A DNA stretch of 63,729 nt, counting the filler, from Octopus bimaculoides (taxonomy: Eukaryota), in the NCBI RefSeq assembly GCF_001194135.2. It is 5 parts of 5 records of this genome, joined end to end, with 100 filler letters (N's around TTAATTAATTAA, not from the genome) between each part and the next. Parts side by side here need not be neighbours in the genome. Positions count along the whole stretch, not along the records: positions 40,381 to 55,514 come from NC_068982.1; positions 55,615 to 61,200 come from NC_068996.1; positions 61,301 to 63,729 come from NC_068991.1; 2 more parts are not named here. One strand, 5' to 3'. The notes beneath the pieces are model-generated. The model was given only the letters and a program-made list of their open reading frames with translations, was not told the origin of the DNA and made no database searches. Within the stretch, counting starts at the first letter, position 1. Each line of letters opens with the position of its first letter. Below are positions 52,004 to 63,729 of the stretch, piece after piece. Made by a program: the position numbers and the translations under genes.

Positions 52004-53080
52004 TTTTTCACTGGGAGGTAACGATAATGAAAAGTGGAAACAAAAAAAAAATGAATCACATTCAATAGAATTAAGGTGGTTTAAAACATTTTACACATGC
52101 CTAATACCTAAAATTTTNNNNNNNNNNNNNNNNNNNNNNNNNNNNNNNNNNNNNNNNNNNNNNNNNNNNNNNNNNNNNNNNNNNNNNNNNNNNNNNNNNN
52201 NNNNNNNNNNNNNNNNNNNNNNNNNNNNNNNNNNNNNNNNNNNNNNNNNNNNNNNNNNNNNNNNNNNNNNNNNNNNNNNNNNNNNNNNNNNNNNNNNNNN
52301 NNNNNNNNNNNNNNNNNNNNNNNNNNNNNNNNNNNNNNNNNNNNNNNNNNNNNNNNNNNNNNNNNNNNNNNNNNNNNNNNNNNNNNNNNNNNNNNNNNNN
52401 NNNNNNNNNNNNNNNNNNNNNNNNNNNNNNNNNNNNNNNNNNNNNNNNNNNNNNNNNNNNNNNNNNNNNNNNNNNNNNNNNNNNNNNNNNNNNNNNNNNN
52501 NNNNNNNNNNNNNNNNNNNNNNNNNNNNNNNNNNNNNNNNNNNNNNNNNNNNNNNNNNNNNNNNNNNNNNNNNNNNNNNNNNNNNNNNNNNNNNNNNNNN
52601 NNNNNNNNNNNNNNNNNNNNNNNNNNNNNNNNNNNNNNNNNNNNNNNNNNNNNNNNNNNNNNNNNNNNNNNNNNNNNNNNNNNNNNNNNNNNNNNNNNNN
52701 NNNNNNNNNNNNNNNNNNNNNNNNNNNNNNNNNNNNNNNNNNNNNNNNNNNNNNNNNNNNNNNNNNNNNNNNNNNNNNNNNNNNNNNNNNNNNNNNNNNN
52801 NNNNNNNNNNNNNNNNNNNNNNNNNNNNNNNNNNNNNNNNNNNNNNNNNNNNNNNNNNNNNNNNNNNNNNNNNNNNNNNNNNNNNNNNNNNNNNNNNNNN
52901 NNNNNNNNNNNNNNNNNNNNNNNNNNNNNNNNNNNNNNNNNNNNNNNNNNNNNNNNNNNNNNNNNNNNNNNNNNNNNNNNNNNNNNNNNNNNNNNNNNNN
53001 NNNNNNNNNNNNNNNNNNNNNNNNNNNNNNNNNNNNNNNNNNNNNNNNNNNNNNNNNNNNNNNNNNNNNNNNNNNNNNNN

Positions 53081-53138
<58 letters not shown>

Positions 53139-53876
53139 AGTAGGAAATAAATAAAGAGAGAGAAAGAGTAAGAGAAAAGCTTTAGGAAAATGGGGACAGG
53201 TGTGTAGTCGTCCAGGTCACAAAACGTTTACCGTTTTGTTTACCGTAAACACAGAAACAGATTTCTATATAAATTATACAGAGTTACGTCCCTTTGATCG
53301 TATTCTACTACAAAATCGCGACTAGGTCGAATTTCCTATGCGCTTATTTGGTATGCTAGAAATAGCAACCAAATATATATTCACGCCTACCATCTTAAAT
53401 AAAGGATACATTAGACAATATTGTCTATGATATACGGAGATACGAGATAGTCACTGCTATGATCATAAGACTATTTGATCAGAACCGGTCTGAAATTAAA
53501 CAATATAAAAAATAGGCATACCTGCGCAAGTTAGCCACCACAACAACCACCACCACCAACACCACCCTACCGACTTTGGTGGCTGCTCATACAAACATAC
53601 TGACACACTATATCTACAAAATGAAAATTAAAGTTTTGAAAAAATTATGCGATGTTTGTCAGTATGTATGTATGTATTGTACTAGAGATCACGGCGCTCC
53701 CACATCCCTGAGCCTGCGACTCATATTGGCACCAGACATCTTGCTCTGGCTTGTCTCTGGATAATGTCAATAAAGTGGAGAGGGTCTATGAGGTGTTGTG
53801 CAAGCCTCATTGGACCTAAAACTCAGCACAGGCATTGCCGACCTCTGCTCGACATGTGCATTTTTTTTTTTTATAA

Positions 53877-53909
<33 letters not shown>

Positions 53910-55514
53910 TGTATGTATGTATACGCAACCAGTAATTTTTTTTCTTTCTCATTAAATTCTGTTATAATCGTGATTTACACCATCTGAAAGATTTAAAAAA
54001 CATTTTTCTATAGACAATTTCANNNNNNNNNNNNNNNNNNNNNNNNNNNNNNNNNNNNNNNNNNNNNNNNNNNNNNNNNNNNNNNNNNNNNNNNNNNNNN
54101 NNNNNNNNNNNNNNNNNNNNNNNNNNNNNNNNNNNNNNNNNNNNNNNNNNNNNNNNNNNNNNNNNNNNNNNNNNNNNNNNNNNNNNNNNNNNNNNNNNNN
54201 NNNNNNNNNNNNNNNNNNNNNNNNNNNNNNNNNNNNNNNNNNNNNNNNNNNNNNNNNNNNNNNNNNNNNNNNNNNNNNNNNNNNNNNNNNNNNNNNNNNN
54301 NNNNNNNNNNNNNNNNNNNNNNNNNNNNNNNNNNNNNNNNNNNNNNNNNNNNNNNNNNNNNNNNNNNNNNNNNNNNNNNNNNNNNNNNNNNNNNNNNNNN
54401 NNNNNNNNNNNNNNNNNNNNNNNNNNNNNNNNNNNNNNNNNNNNNNNNNNNNNNNNNNNNNNNNNNNNNNNNNNNNNNNNNNNNNNNNNNNNNNNNNNNN
54501 NNNNNNNNNNNNNNNNNNNNNNNNNNNNNNNNNNNNNNNNNNNNNNNNNNNNNNNNNNNNNNNNNNNNNNNNNNNNNNNNNNNNNNNNNNNNNNNNNNNN
54601 NNNNNNNNNNNNNNNNNNNNNNNNNNNNNNNNNNNNNNNNNNNNNNNNNNNNNNNNNNNNNNNNNNNNNNNNNNNNNNNNNNNNNNNNNNNNNNNNNNNN
54701 NNNNNNNNNNNNNNNNNNNNNNNNNNNNNNNNNNNNNNNNNNNNNNNNNNNNNNNNNNNNNNNNNNNNNNNNNNNNNNNNNNNNNNNNNNATATATTATA
54801 AGTGCAGGAAAATTGCATCAAAAAATCATCACAGAAGATATGAGTCCAAAATAATATTGTATTGATAGATAGATGTATAAATATATAAAATATGATTATT
54901 TAAAAGGTTTAAAAGTTTAAAATATCTTACGATCGTTTCGTGAATGTATTACCCTAAGAAACGGAATCTAAATTTGATAATCATTATTAGGTAATACATC
55001 CACTCGTCAGAGATAGAGGGTGAATTTTCGTGTAGTCAATCGAATGCTATTTAAACATATATTAAAATGACGTTGTTTAAAAATATTGTTTAAAAGTTAC
55101 TGTTGCACATTTATGACAGAAATTTATTATAATAAGCTTCTATTACTAATTTGTGCTAGTGCTGGTACCATGATCATAAAAAGATCTGACGATTATGTAA
55201 CATTTCTATCAAATGTATGTGCCCCACTTAAGTCTTATGAGGAACATTTATGGTCAGTGGTTCTTACGCTGACAAATACCAGTTCTACATTAAAACATAC
55301 ATATACACATACATACGTATGTATATGTATATAAGTGGAATACGTGTATATATGTGGAATACTTTTGCTCCCTGTTGATATATTTTTTTTAACTGTTCAT
55401 GACCCCATACAAGGCTTCCGAGACTGGTGAGAGAGAGAGAGAGTGAGATACTGGTGGGAGAGATAGAGAGATAGATACTGGTGGGAGTTATTTACATATA
55501 TATATATATATATA

Positions 55515-55614
55515 NNNNNNNNNNNNNNNNNNNNNNNNNNNNNNNNNNNNNNNNNNNNTTAATTAATTAANNNNNNNNNNNNNNNNNNNNNNNNNNNNNN
55601 NNNNNNNNNNNNNN
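55515..55614. other. Artificial scaffold-join spacer (44N + TTAATTAATTAA + 44N)
   Basis: Same construct as at 16379. Confidence 0.95.
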
Positions 55615-55789
55615 AAATAATATATAAATATATGCAAATATACATACATAATATAATATAATATAAATAATATATAAATATATGCAAATATACATACATA
55701 TATGTACATACCTACATATATATGTATATATACATGCATATATTGGTACAGGACATTAAAAAAAAACGTTAAACACAACGAGAAACGAA

Positions 55790-55980
55790 CGATATGTGAC
55801 CGCGTGTACATCGTTGGTGATTTTCTTTCTCCGTCTTCCCTTCTTTGGACTTTATGAAGAGCTCCGCTCGAAACGTGAAATCCTCTTTCTTTTCTTTCCT
55901 TTCATGAGCGTCTAATAACACTATAATTATTCCACGTCCTCGTGTTGTTTCTTGCTTGTTCATGTTTGGATTGACTATAT
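55790..55980 (+). mobile_element. Penelope-type terminal fragment with a degenerate hammerhead-like motif
   Basis: gaagagctccgctcgaaacg…gagcgtctaataa…cacgtcctcg is homologous to the insert at 45098-45245. Confidence 0.65.
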
Positions 55981-56214
55981 ATATATGCAGTCATAATTGT
56001 ATACAGTTGTACATTGTAAAATATAACTGTCACCACTACTACATGAACCGAAGATTGCATAGTTTAATGCATGAAAGTACTGGTTGAATCGGAATGGACA
56101 TTTAGTATTGTATCATTTCATTATATATTATATTGGTTATAAGATTGTAAATAAAACGTGAAAAATCAAAGTTGGAATTTCTTTGAGTAATATATTCTTC
56201 CATACACACCCATG

Positions 56215-56293
<79 letters not shown>

Positions 56294-58349
56294 TTGAAAG
56301 GCTCTTTATAAGTGTGTGTGTTGTATTTGTCCACTTCCACCGCCATTCAGAACTGAAGTCGAGTTATCGGACTTAGTGGTTCTCAACCATTTTTTCCTTT
56401 TTGCCTATGAACTCCTTTGGTTCCTATTTTACTCGGATGAATCCACGCAGCTACTCAATGATCTAAAAAAATCCCGTTTAAAATCCCATGATAAATTTTT
56501 ATAATTAATATTTTATTGGAAATTGTACAGAAAAAAAATTGTTAAAATATTTTGTGTTGCAACAGTATAACCATTTTATTACACATATTTTAACAAGTGC
56601 CATATGGGCCCCGGTTGAAAGCAACCGAACTTAAAAAGAACCCTTAAAATCGGTGCCCCAACATGACCTCAGTTCACTGAGTAAAACAAATAAAACGATA
56701 AAAAGATAAAATGTTTTAAGTACTAGTTTATTTTATCGAATTGGGAAGGTTAAAAGGTAAAATCGACTTCAACGGGTGTGATTTGAACTCAGGGTGACGC
56801 AATAGAATACTGCAGAAGGTACTTTCCTTCACCCGCTTCCGCCGTTAAGTCTTACCTAGCTACCTTACCGACTCAGCCATAAATTAAGAAACAGGCGGAA
56901 GTGTGATGGTGTGGTGGTGTATTTCGTGATGTGGAAGTAGGAAGTAGGAAGTAGGAAACTTTTCACTTCACTGTAAGAAAGAAAGAGAGAGAGAGAGAGA
57001 GAGAAAGGAGAGAGAGGGGGAGAATAGAAAAAAATGAGGAAGAGGGGCGGGAGCATGAGAGAAAGGCGCTAATACAAAAGACAGAGGAAAGGGTAAAGAT
57101 GAGGGTGAGGAAGAGAGAAAAAAAAGAGAAAGTTGTGTCGAAGAGGTGGGGAGGAGGGCTAAGAAAGAAAGTGGAAGAAGTAGAAAGGAGAACGCGAAAG
57201 GAGTAGTAGAGGGATGGTGGGAGGATGAGAGAGAGAGAGAGATAAAACAGGGGAAAGAGTATTTAAAAGAAGATACTGAAGTGGTGATGGTGGTGGTGGG
57301 GGAGGGAGANNNNNNNNNNNNNNNNNNNNNNNNNNNNNNNNNNNNNNNNNNNNNNNNNNNNNNNNNNNNNNNNNNNNNNNNNNNNNNNNNNNNNNNNNNN
57401 NNNNNNNNNNNNNNNNNNNNNNNNNNNNNNNNNNNNNNNNNNNNNNNNNNNNNNNNNNNNNNNNNNNNNNNNNNNNNNNNNNNNNNNNNNNNNNNNNNNN
57501 NNNNNNNNNNNNNNNNNNNNNNNNNNNNNNNNNNNNNNNNNNNNNNNNNNNNNNNNNNNNNNNNNNNNNNNNNNNNNNNNNNNNNNNNNNNNNNNNNNNN
57601 NNNNNNNNNNNNNNNNNNNNNNNNNNNNNNNNNNNNNNNNNNNNNNNNNNNNNNNNNNNNNNNNNNNNNNNNNNNNNNNNNNNNNNNNNNNNNNNNNNNN
57701 NNNNNNNNNNNNNNNNNNNNNNNNNNNNNNNNNNNNNNNNNNNNNNNNNNNNNNNNNNNNNNNNNNNNNNNNNNNNNNNNNNNNNNNNNNNNNNNNNNNN
57801 NNNNNNNNNNNNNNNNNNNNNNNNNNNNNNNNNNNNNNNNNNNNNNNNNNNNNNNNNNNNNNNNNNNNNNNNNNNNNNNNNNNNNCCCCCCCCCTGTTCT
57901 GACTATTCGGTTTATTAGGCCAGCCAGCCAGCCAGTTGGACCGCCAGTCGATCTGTCAATCTCGTTTGGTCCCGTCTACTGATGCTTTCCACACATCTCA
58001 TGCCAAGCCTGTTGGCTAAAGCGAGTCAGTTTCCCGTTTTTTGGTGTATTGGCATGTCACGTCACGAGTATGGAAGAATAAAGCTATCGGAATTCCATTA
58101 GCTTCAAGAATAACGCTAATGGATCTCCGTCGCATTCGATGATGAGTATTCTGGTTCGGTCAACTGACCTTACCTACTCCGTGAATTAGCATGTAAGTTG
58201 CAGGGAATTCCCCAGACGGGACAATGTTTCAAGACAAAGCTAACTACCACCGATATTGTAGTATAGTGAAAATACCCAATGAATTCAGTATGCACTTGTA
58301 CGCATAAAGTAATTTCCAGAGGAAAATCAGCGAGACAAGCCTTCTAGCG

Positions 58350-58604
58350 CAGGGGTTTTCAAACTTTTTGACTTGCGGACCCCTTTATATTTCAGGCTTT
58401 ACCTTATAAACGCTTATGAAATTTATACATAAATATTTGCTTAAAATAACATATTTTTGCATTTATTTATTTAACAGTATTTAACAAATAGGTTTATTGT
58501 CAATTAAAAGATTTCGATTAAAAAACATATATAAAATCAAATTGCCCATAAAAAGTATTTGCTGTCCACGGACCCCCTGTCTTGTCTTTGCGGACTCCCT
58601 GTGG
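58350..58604 (+). mobile_element. hAT-type MITE, right end lost in the N gap
   Basis: CAGGGGTTTTCAAACTTTTT start after ttctagcg; gcggacccc subterminal motifs. Confidence 0.7.
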
Positions 58605-59467
58605 NNNNNNNNNNNNNNNNNNNNNNNNNNNNNNNNNNNNNNNNNNNNNNNNNNNNNNNNNNNNNNNNNNNNNNNNNNNNNNNNNNNNNNNNNNNNNNNN
58701 NNNNNNNNNNNNNNNNNNNNNNNNNNNNNNNNNNNNNNNNNNNNNNNNNNNNNNNNNNNNNNNNNNNNNNNNNNNNNNNNNNNNNNNNNNNNNNNNNNNN
58801 NNNNNNNNNNNNNNNNNNNNNNNNNNNNNNNNNNNNNNNNNNNNNNNNNNNNNNNNNNNNNNNNNNNNNNNNNNNNNNNNNNNNNNNNNNNNNNNNNNNN
58901 NNNNNNNNNNNNNNNNNNNNNNNNNNNNNNNNNNNNNNNNNNNNNNNNNNNNNNNNNNNNNNNNNNNNNNNNNNNNNNNNNNNNNNNNNNNNNNNNNNNN
59001 NNNNNNNNNNNNNNNNNNNNNNNNNNNNNNNNNNNNNNNNNNNNNNNNNNNNNNNNNNNNNNNNNNNNNNNNNNNNNNNNNNNNNNNNNNNNNNNNNNNN
59101 NNNNNNNNNNNNNNNNNNNNNNNNNNNNNNNNNNNNNNNNNNNNNNNNNNNNNNNNNNNNNNNNNNNNNNNNNNNNNNNNNNNNNNNNNNNNNNNNNNNN
59201 NNNNNNNNNNNNNNNNNNNNNNNNNNNNNNNNNNNNNNNNNNNNNNNNNNNNNNNNNNNNNNNNNNNNNNNNNNNNNNNNNNNNNNNNNNNNNNNNNNNN
59301 NNNNNNNNNNNNNNNNNNNNNNNNNNNNNNNNNNNNNNNNNNNNNNNNNNNNNNNNNNNNNNNNNNNNNNNNNNNNNNNNNNNNNNNNNNNNNNNNNNNN
59401 NNNNNNNNNNNNNNNNNNNNNNNNNNNNNNNNNNNNNNNNNNNNNNNNNNNNNNNNNNNNNNNNNNN

Positions 59468-59765
59468 TGAGCCTAGTACTTATTCTATCGGTCTCTTTTT
59501 TGCTGAACCGCTAATGTTACGGGGACGTAAACACACCAGCATCGGTTGTCAAGCGATATTGGTGGGACAAACACATACACACACATACACATATATATAT
59601 ACGACGGGCTTCTTTCAGTTTCCGTCTACCAAATCGACTCACAAGGCTTTGGTCGGCCCGAGGCTATATAGTAGAAGACACTTGCCCAAGGTGCCACACA
59701 GTGGGACTGAAACCGGAACCATGTGGTCGGTAAGTAAGCTACTTACCACACAGCCACTCCTGCGC
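59468..59765 (-). mobile_element. SINE type B, tail running into the N gap
   Basis: Close to the consensus reverse complement, ending ccacacagccactcctgcgcc. Confidence 0.92.
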
Positions 59766-60029
59766 CACGTTTCAATATCTTTTCCTCTTTTCTTTTTTTG
59801 TCTGGATATTTTATATAATTGAAATGCGTTTCTCAGAGAAAAGTAATACAAAAACAAAGTCGCAGGATGGATGAGAGAGGAGTAGCGAAAGACAGTAATC
59901 TGTAGTTACGCCAAATTTTCAACGAAGTTATAAGGTACACAGAATTCTCATTACGTAAACGAACGAAGGGTGATTTTAATTATTGAAATGGGTGTGAGAC
60001 GTTTCGGCACAGCCGTTGTGGCGTCGCTG

Positions 60030-60545
60030 ATTCGTGTGGCTGTGTTAAGAAGCTTGCTTCCTAAGTACGTGGCTCCCAGTTTAGTCCCATTGCGTGGAAC
60101 CTTGGGCAAGTGTCTTCTTCTATAGCCTCGGGCAAACCAAAGCCTTGTGAATGGATTTGGTAGATGGAAACTGAAAGAAGCCCGTCGTGTGTATGTGTGC
60201 GCGTGACTTAGTGTTTAGGGCATTCAACTCACGAGCGTAAGGTCGTGAGTTCAATTTCCGGCGACGCGTTGTGACCTTGAGCAAGACACTTTATTTTTCG
60301 TTGCTGCAGTCCACTCAGCTGGCAAAAACGAGATGCATATGTATTTTAAAGGGCTGGCCATGTCACACTCTGTGTCACGCTGATTCTCTCTGAAAACTAC
60401 GTTGAGGGTAACCGTGTCTGTGGAATGCTCAGCCACTTGTATGATCGGATCAACTGGAACCCTCGTCATTGTAACCGACGGAGTGCTCCTGTAAGTGTGT
60501 GTGTTTGTCCCCCACCGCCACTTGATAACCGGTGTCGGTGTGCTT
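60030..60545 (+). mobile_element. SINE type B with a SINE type C2 (60200-60489) inserted at its internal microsatellite
   Basis: The host SINE resumes gtgtttgtcccccaccgcc after the insert; TSD-like flanks tgtatgtgtg / tgtaagtgtg. Confidence 0.85.
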
Positions 60546-60569
60546 ACGTGTAATCGAACCTCCTCGTGT

Positions 60570-60945
60570 GTTACTTATTGGCGCAATGACTCATCCAAGA
60601 TACAGTAAAATCTCAGACATTTTTTCGGCCATCTTGAAAACGTCTGAACCTCTCATACAGTTGTGTGCGGCTCATACACTCCTCTCCATATACTTTCTGC
60701 AACTTTGCGTAGGCCTCTGAGCAGGTATCGCCATCACAACTTTCTCTGTCATGGTCAATACGACGATCACACGCTACACACCTTCCTTCCAAGCACTGCT
60801 GTCAATAGCGGAAGTGAACTAGACCGTTAAAACTTAGTGCACATGCATAACAGAGTCCAAAGTCAATCTTTGCCAAGTGGCTTCATTCTGCGTGCTTTAG
60901 CTTCGTTACTATAGCAACAGTCCGGATACTTATTGATCATACCTA
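60570..60945 (-). mobile_element. Mariner left-end fragment of a second family
   Basis: The minus-strand end aggtatgatcaataagtatccggact is mariner-TIR-like. Translation gives GDTCSEAYAKLQKVYGEECMSRTQLYERFRRFQDGRKNV (HTH). Confidence 0.8.
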
Positions 60946-60984
<39 letters not shown>

Positions 60985-61200
60985 ACGCGCTTTCAGTTTC
61001 CGTCTACCGAATCTACTCAAAGCTTGGTCAGCCCGAGGACACCTTGCCGAAGGTGCTACGCCGTGGGACAGAAGCCTGCGCCTATACGGTAATTTAAGTG
61101 ATGGACCAAATATCCGGAAAATTTTCAGTTATCCGAAAAACCTCATTTATCCGGTAACCTTCCAGTCTCAGAAGAACCGGAAAGGAAAGAGTTTACCCTA

Positions 61201-61300
61201 NNNNNNNNNNNNNNNNNNNNNNNNNNNNNNNNNNNNNNNNNNNNTTAATTAATTAANNNNNNNNNNNNNNNNNNNNNNNNNNNNNNNNNNNNNNNNNNNN
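61201..61300. other. Artificial scaffold-join spacer (44N + TTAATTAATTAA + 44N)
   Basis: Same construct as at 16379. Confidence 0.95.
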
Positions 61301-61805
61301 ATATATATATATATATATCTATATATATATATATATATATGCATATATATATGCATATATATATACACACACGTGTATATGTGTGTATATATACACAAAT
61401 ATATATATGCATTTATATATACATATATATATGCATATATATAGATGTATATTTGTGTATATATACATATATATACATCTATATATATATGTGTATATAT
61501 TTTAGAGAAAAACCACTATTAAACAATTCAATAATGAAGAATGTAATTCATACCCTTTAGCAAATAAATATATCATAAAAACCTTATTTTAAAAATCAAT
61601 AACGTACATAAAAGAATAACTAGTAAATGGTTTAAAAATAGATAACTAATAAAGCCATATGGTTGGGAAGCAAGCGTCATACCATACAACCACACCTGTG
61701 CCTCAACATCTTGAAGTGTTACACTGCAAAATATTAGGGTTTAAATATACTAAGCCTTCATACCTCTTCTCGAGGCTCTTCCACTTTTCTTTTGTGTATC
61801 TTTCT

Positions 61806-61926
61806 TCACTCTGATGAAGTTCCATGTTCCAGATCAGACGTGTTACAAAATATGACGAATATTATTCTCAGAATTATCAACGGCAACACCGTGGGATATT
61901 GGAAGCAGAAACAGCTGTTAGATGGT
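61806..61926 (+). ncRNA. Candidate type I hammerhead ribozyme, Penelope-associated layout
   Basis: CTGATGA (61811-61817), stem II ttcca/tggaa around a roughly 75-nt loop, GAAA, palindromic stem III acagctgt, then the UH cleavage site. Stem I is weak. Confidence 0.4.
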
Positions 61927-62173
61927 ATAAAGTTTAGTATTAAAAAAAAAACTTATATATGCTAATCAATTGTTGTTGATCAAGATTTCTTCATTTTCTG
62001 CTTAATTTAAATTTGATTCCTTATAAACTCCTGTTTATTTTTATCGTTGCTTGTATCATATGAGCATGGTATGCTTCCATATGTATTCCCAGTGTTAATA
62101 TAGGTAATTTATACCGGTAGTATAACGGATATTCTTATCCCTTGGACGGTTATTCTAACCGCTAACTCTACTA

Positions 62174-62211
<38 letters not shown>

Positions 62212-63611
62212 GTATATATATATGTATATATATATATACATATATACATATATACATACATACATATATATACATACATACATATACATACATGCATGCG
62301 ATATTAATTAATATATGGCTAATTACCAGATTTTATAATAATATTTTAACCATTGCCCATGTTCTCATACTGAATATAAAAGACGNNNNNNNNNNNNNNN
62401 NNNNNNNNNNNNNNNNNNNNNNNNNNNNNNNNNNNNNNNNNNNNNNNNNNNNNNNNNNNNNNNNNNNNNNNNNNNNNNNNNNNNNNNNNNNNNNNNNNNN
62501 NNNNNNNNNNNNNNNNNNNNNNNNNNNNNNNNNNNNNNNNNNNNNNNNNNNNNNNNNNNNNNNNNNNNNNNNNNNNNNNNNNNNNNNNNNNNNNNNNNNN
62601 NNNNNNNNNNNNNNNNNNNNNNNNNNNNNNNNNNNNNNNNNNNNNNNNNNNNNNNNNNNNNNNNNNNNNNNNNNNNNNNNNNNNNNNNNNNNNNNNNNNN
62701 NNNNNNNNNNNNNNNNNNNNNNNNNNNNNNNNNNNNNNNNNNNNNNNNNNNNNNNNNNNNNNNNNNNNNNNNNNNNNNNNNNNNNNNNNNNNNNNNNNNN
62801 NNNNNNNNNNNNNNNNNNNNNNNNGTCTACTGATAATTAATCGATATTAATTAATATATGACTAATTACCAGATTTTATAATAATAATAATAATATATAT
62901 ATATATATATATATATACACACTACAATATGTTAGAAGCAGTGTGATTTGACGTTTAGATATTTACTTCAATCCGTTCATATTTCGCTCCTTACTATTTA
63001 TTCACGTCTTTTCCGTCTGTGGTATTTTTTCTTTACGTTTTGTCTTTAGTTATGTCAATGTATTTTTCACTGCGTCGCTTTTCTTTTTGTATTCTCTCTC
63101 GTGGTTGCGGATGCAGTTGTTGGAATTACTGTACTTGTTGTTGTAGCTGTCGTTGTCGCTGTTCTTTGCGTTGCTGTAAAATGTGTTTAGTTTGAAGCTT
63201 TATGTTATTGTTGTTTTCGTGACTCTTTCCTGCCAAGATCATAATTACATTTACAGCATTCAGTTGATATACTTTGTATCGTTTTCTTTTTTATAATTTC
63301 TTCTCTACGGTATATAAATTTAGATACCATATAGTTATATATCATATATGTTTACACAAACACACACACATACATACACTCACACACACACACGCACACA
63401 TACACACACACACACACAGAGAAACACATACGTGTATAGTTATGTAGATAAGCAGTATAATTAGTAGTTCATCCATTTTTCATATGAGGAATACTGAAAA
63501 CTATTTATTTTTATACATTTTATAACTACACATTTGGTACGTATATTCGTATGTGCATACTCCATCCAACTATATTTATCTATCTATCTCCGTATGTATA
63601 AACATATTATG

Positions 63612-63644
<33 letters not shown>

Positions 63645-63729
63645 ATATACATTATATATATATATACATTATATATATGTATATACATATATTTATATGT
63701 ATATGTACGTATATATATATATATATATA

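Overview
This is AT-rich, repeat-saturated animal genomic DNA. About 10% is N gaps, most flanked by (TA)n/(TG)n/(TAGA)n microsatellites. The SINE families, microsatellite density and retroelement remnants look like an octopus (coleoid cephalopod) genome; this is my recognition, not a database result. I found no intact or recognisable host protein-coding gene, rRNA, true tRNA or CRISPR array, so the window is probably intronic or intergenic. It holds decayed mobile elements that I identified by hand translation across stops and frameshifts: Penelope-like GIY-YIG remnants, two R4/Dong-type LINE remnants, a Tx1/L1-type 3' end, two RTE-group fragments, a SPIN/GTF2IRD2-like hAT transposase remnant, two mariner remnants, a Tigger/pogo element with a SINE and a TIR/TSD-intact hAT nested inside it, a Helitron with a canonical 3' end, a Helentron-type non-autonomous element, and dozens of tRNA-derived SINEs of three types. 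The most interesting observations are: hammerhead-ribozyme-like motifs in Penelope-type terminal repeats; a diverged tandem duplication that keeps a 39-nt AG/GT-bounded cassette in both copies; three copies of one target site around tandem SINEs; modular SINEs that share a 3' tail; and a long inverted repeat next to a (TTA)n-inserted LINE. Four 44N-TTAATTAATTAA-44N spacers are artificial scaffold joins, so contiguity across them is not guaranteed. I did not find strong evidence for a wholly new biological system. Repeat boundaries are hand estimates unless a TSD or TIR is cited.
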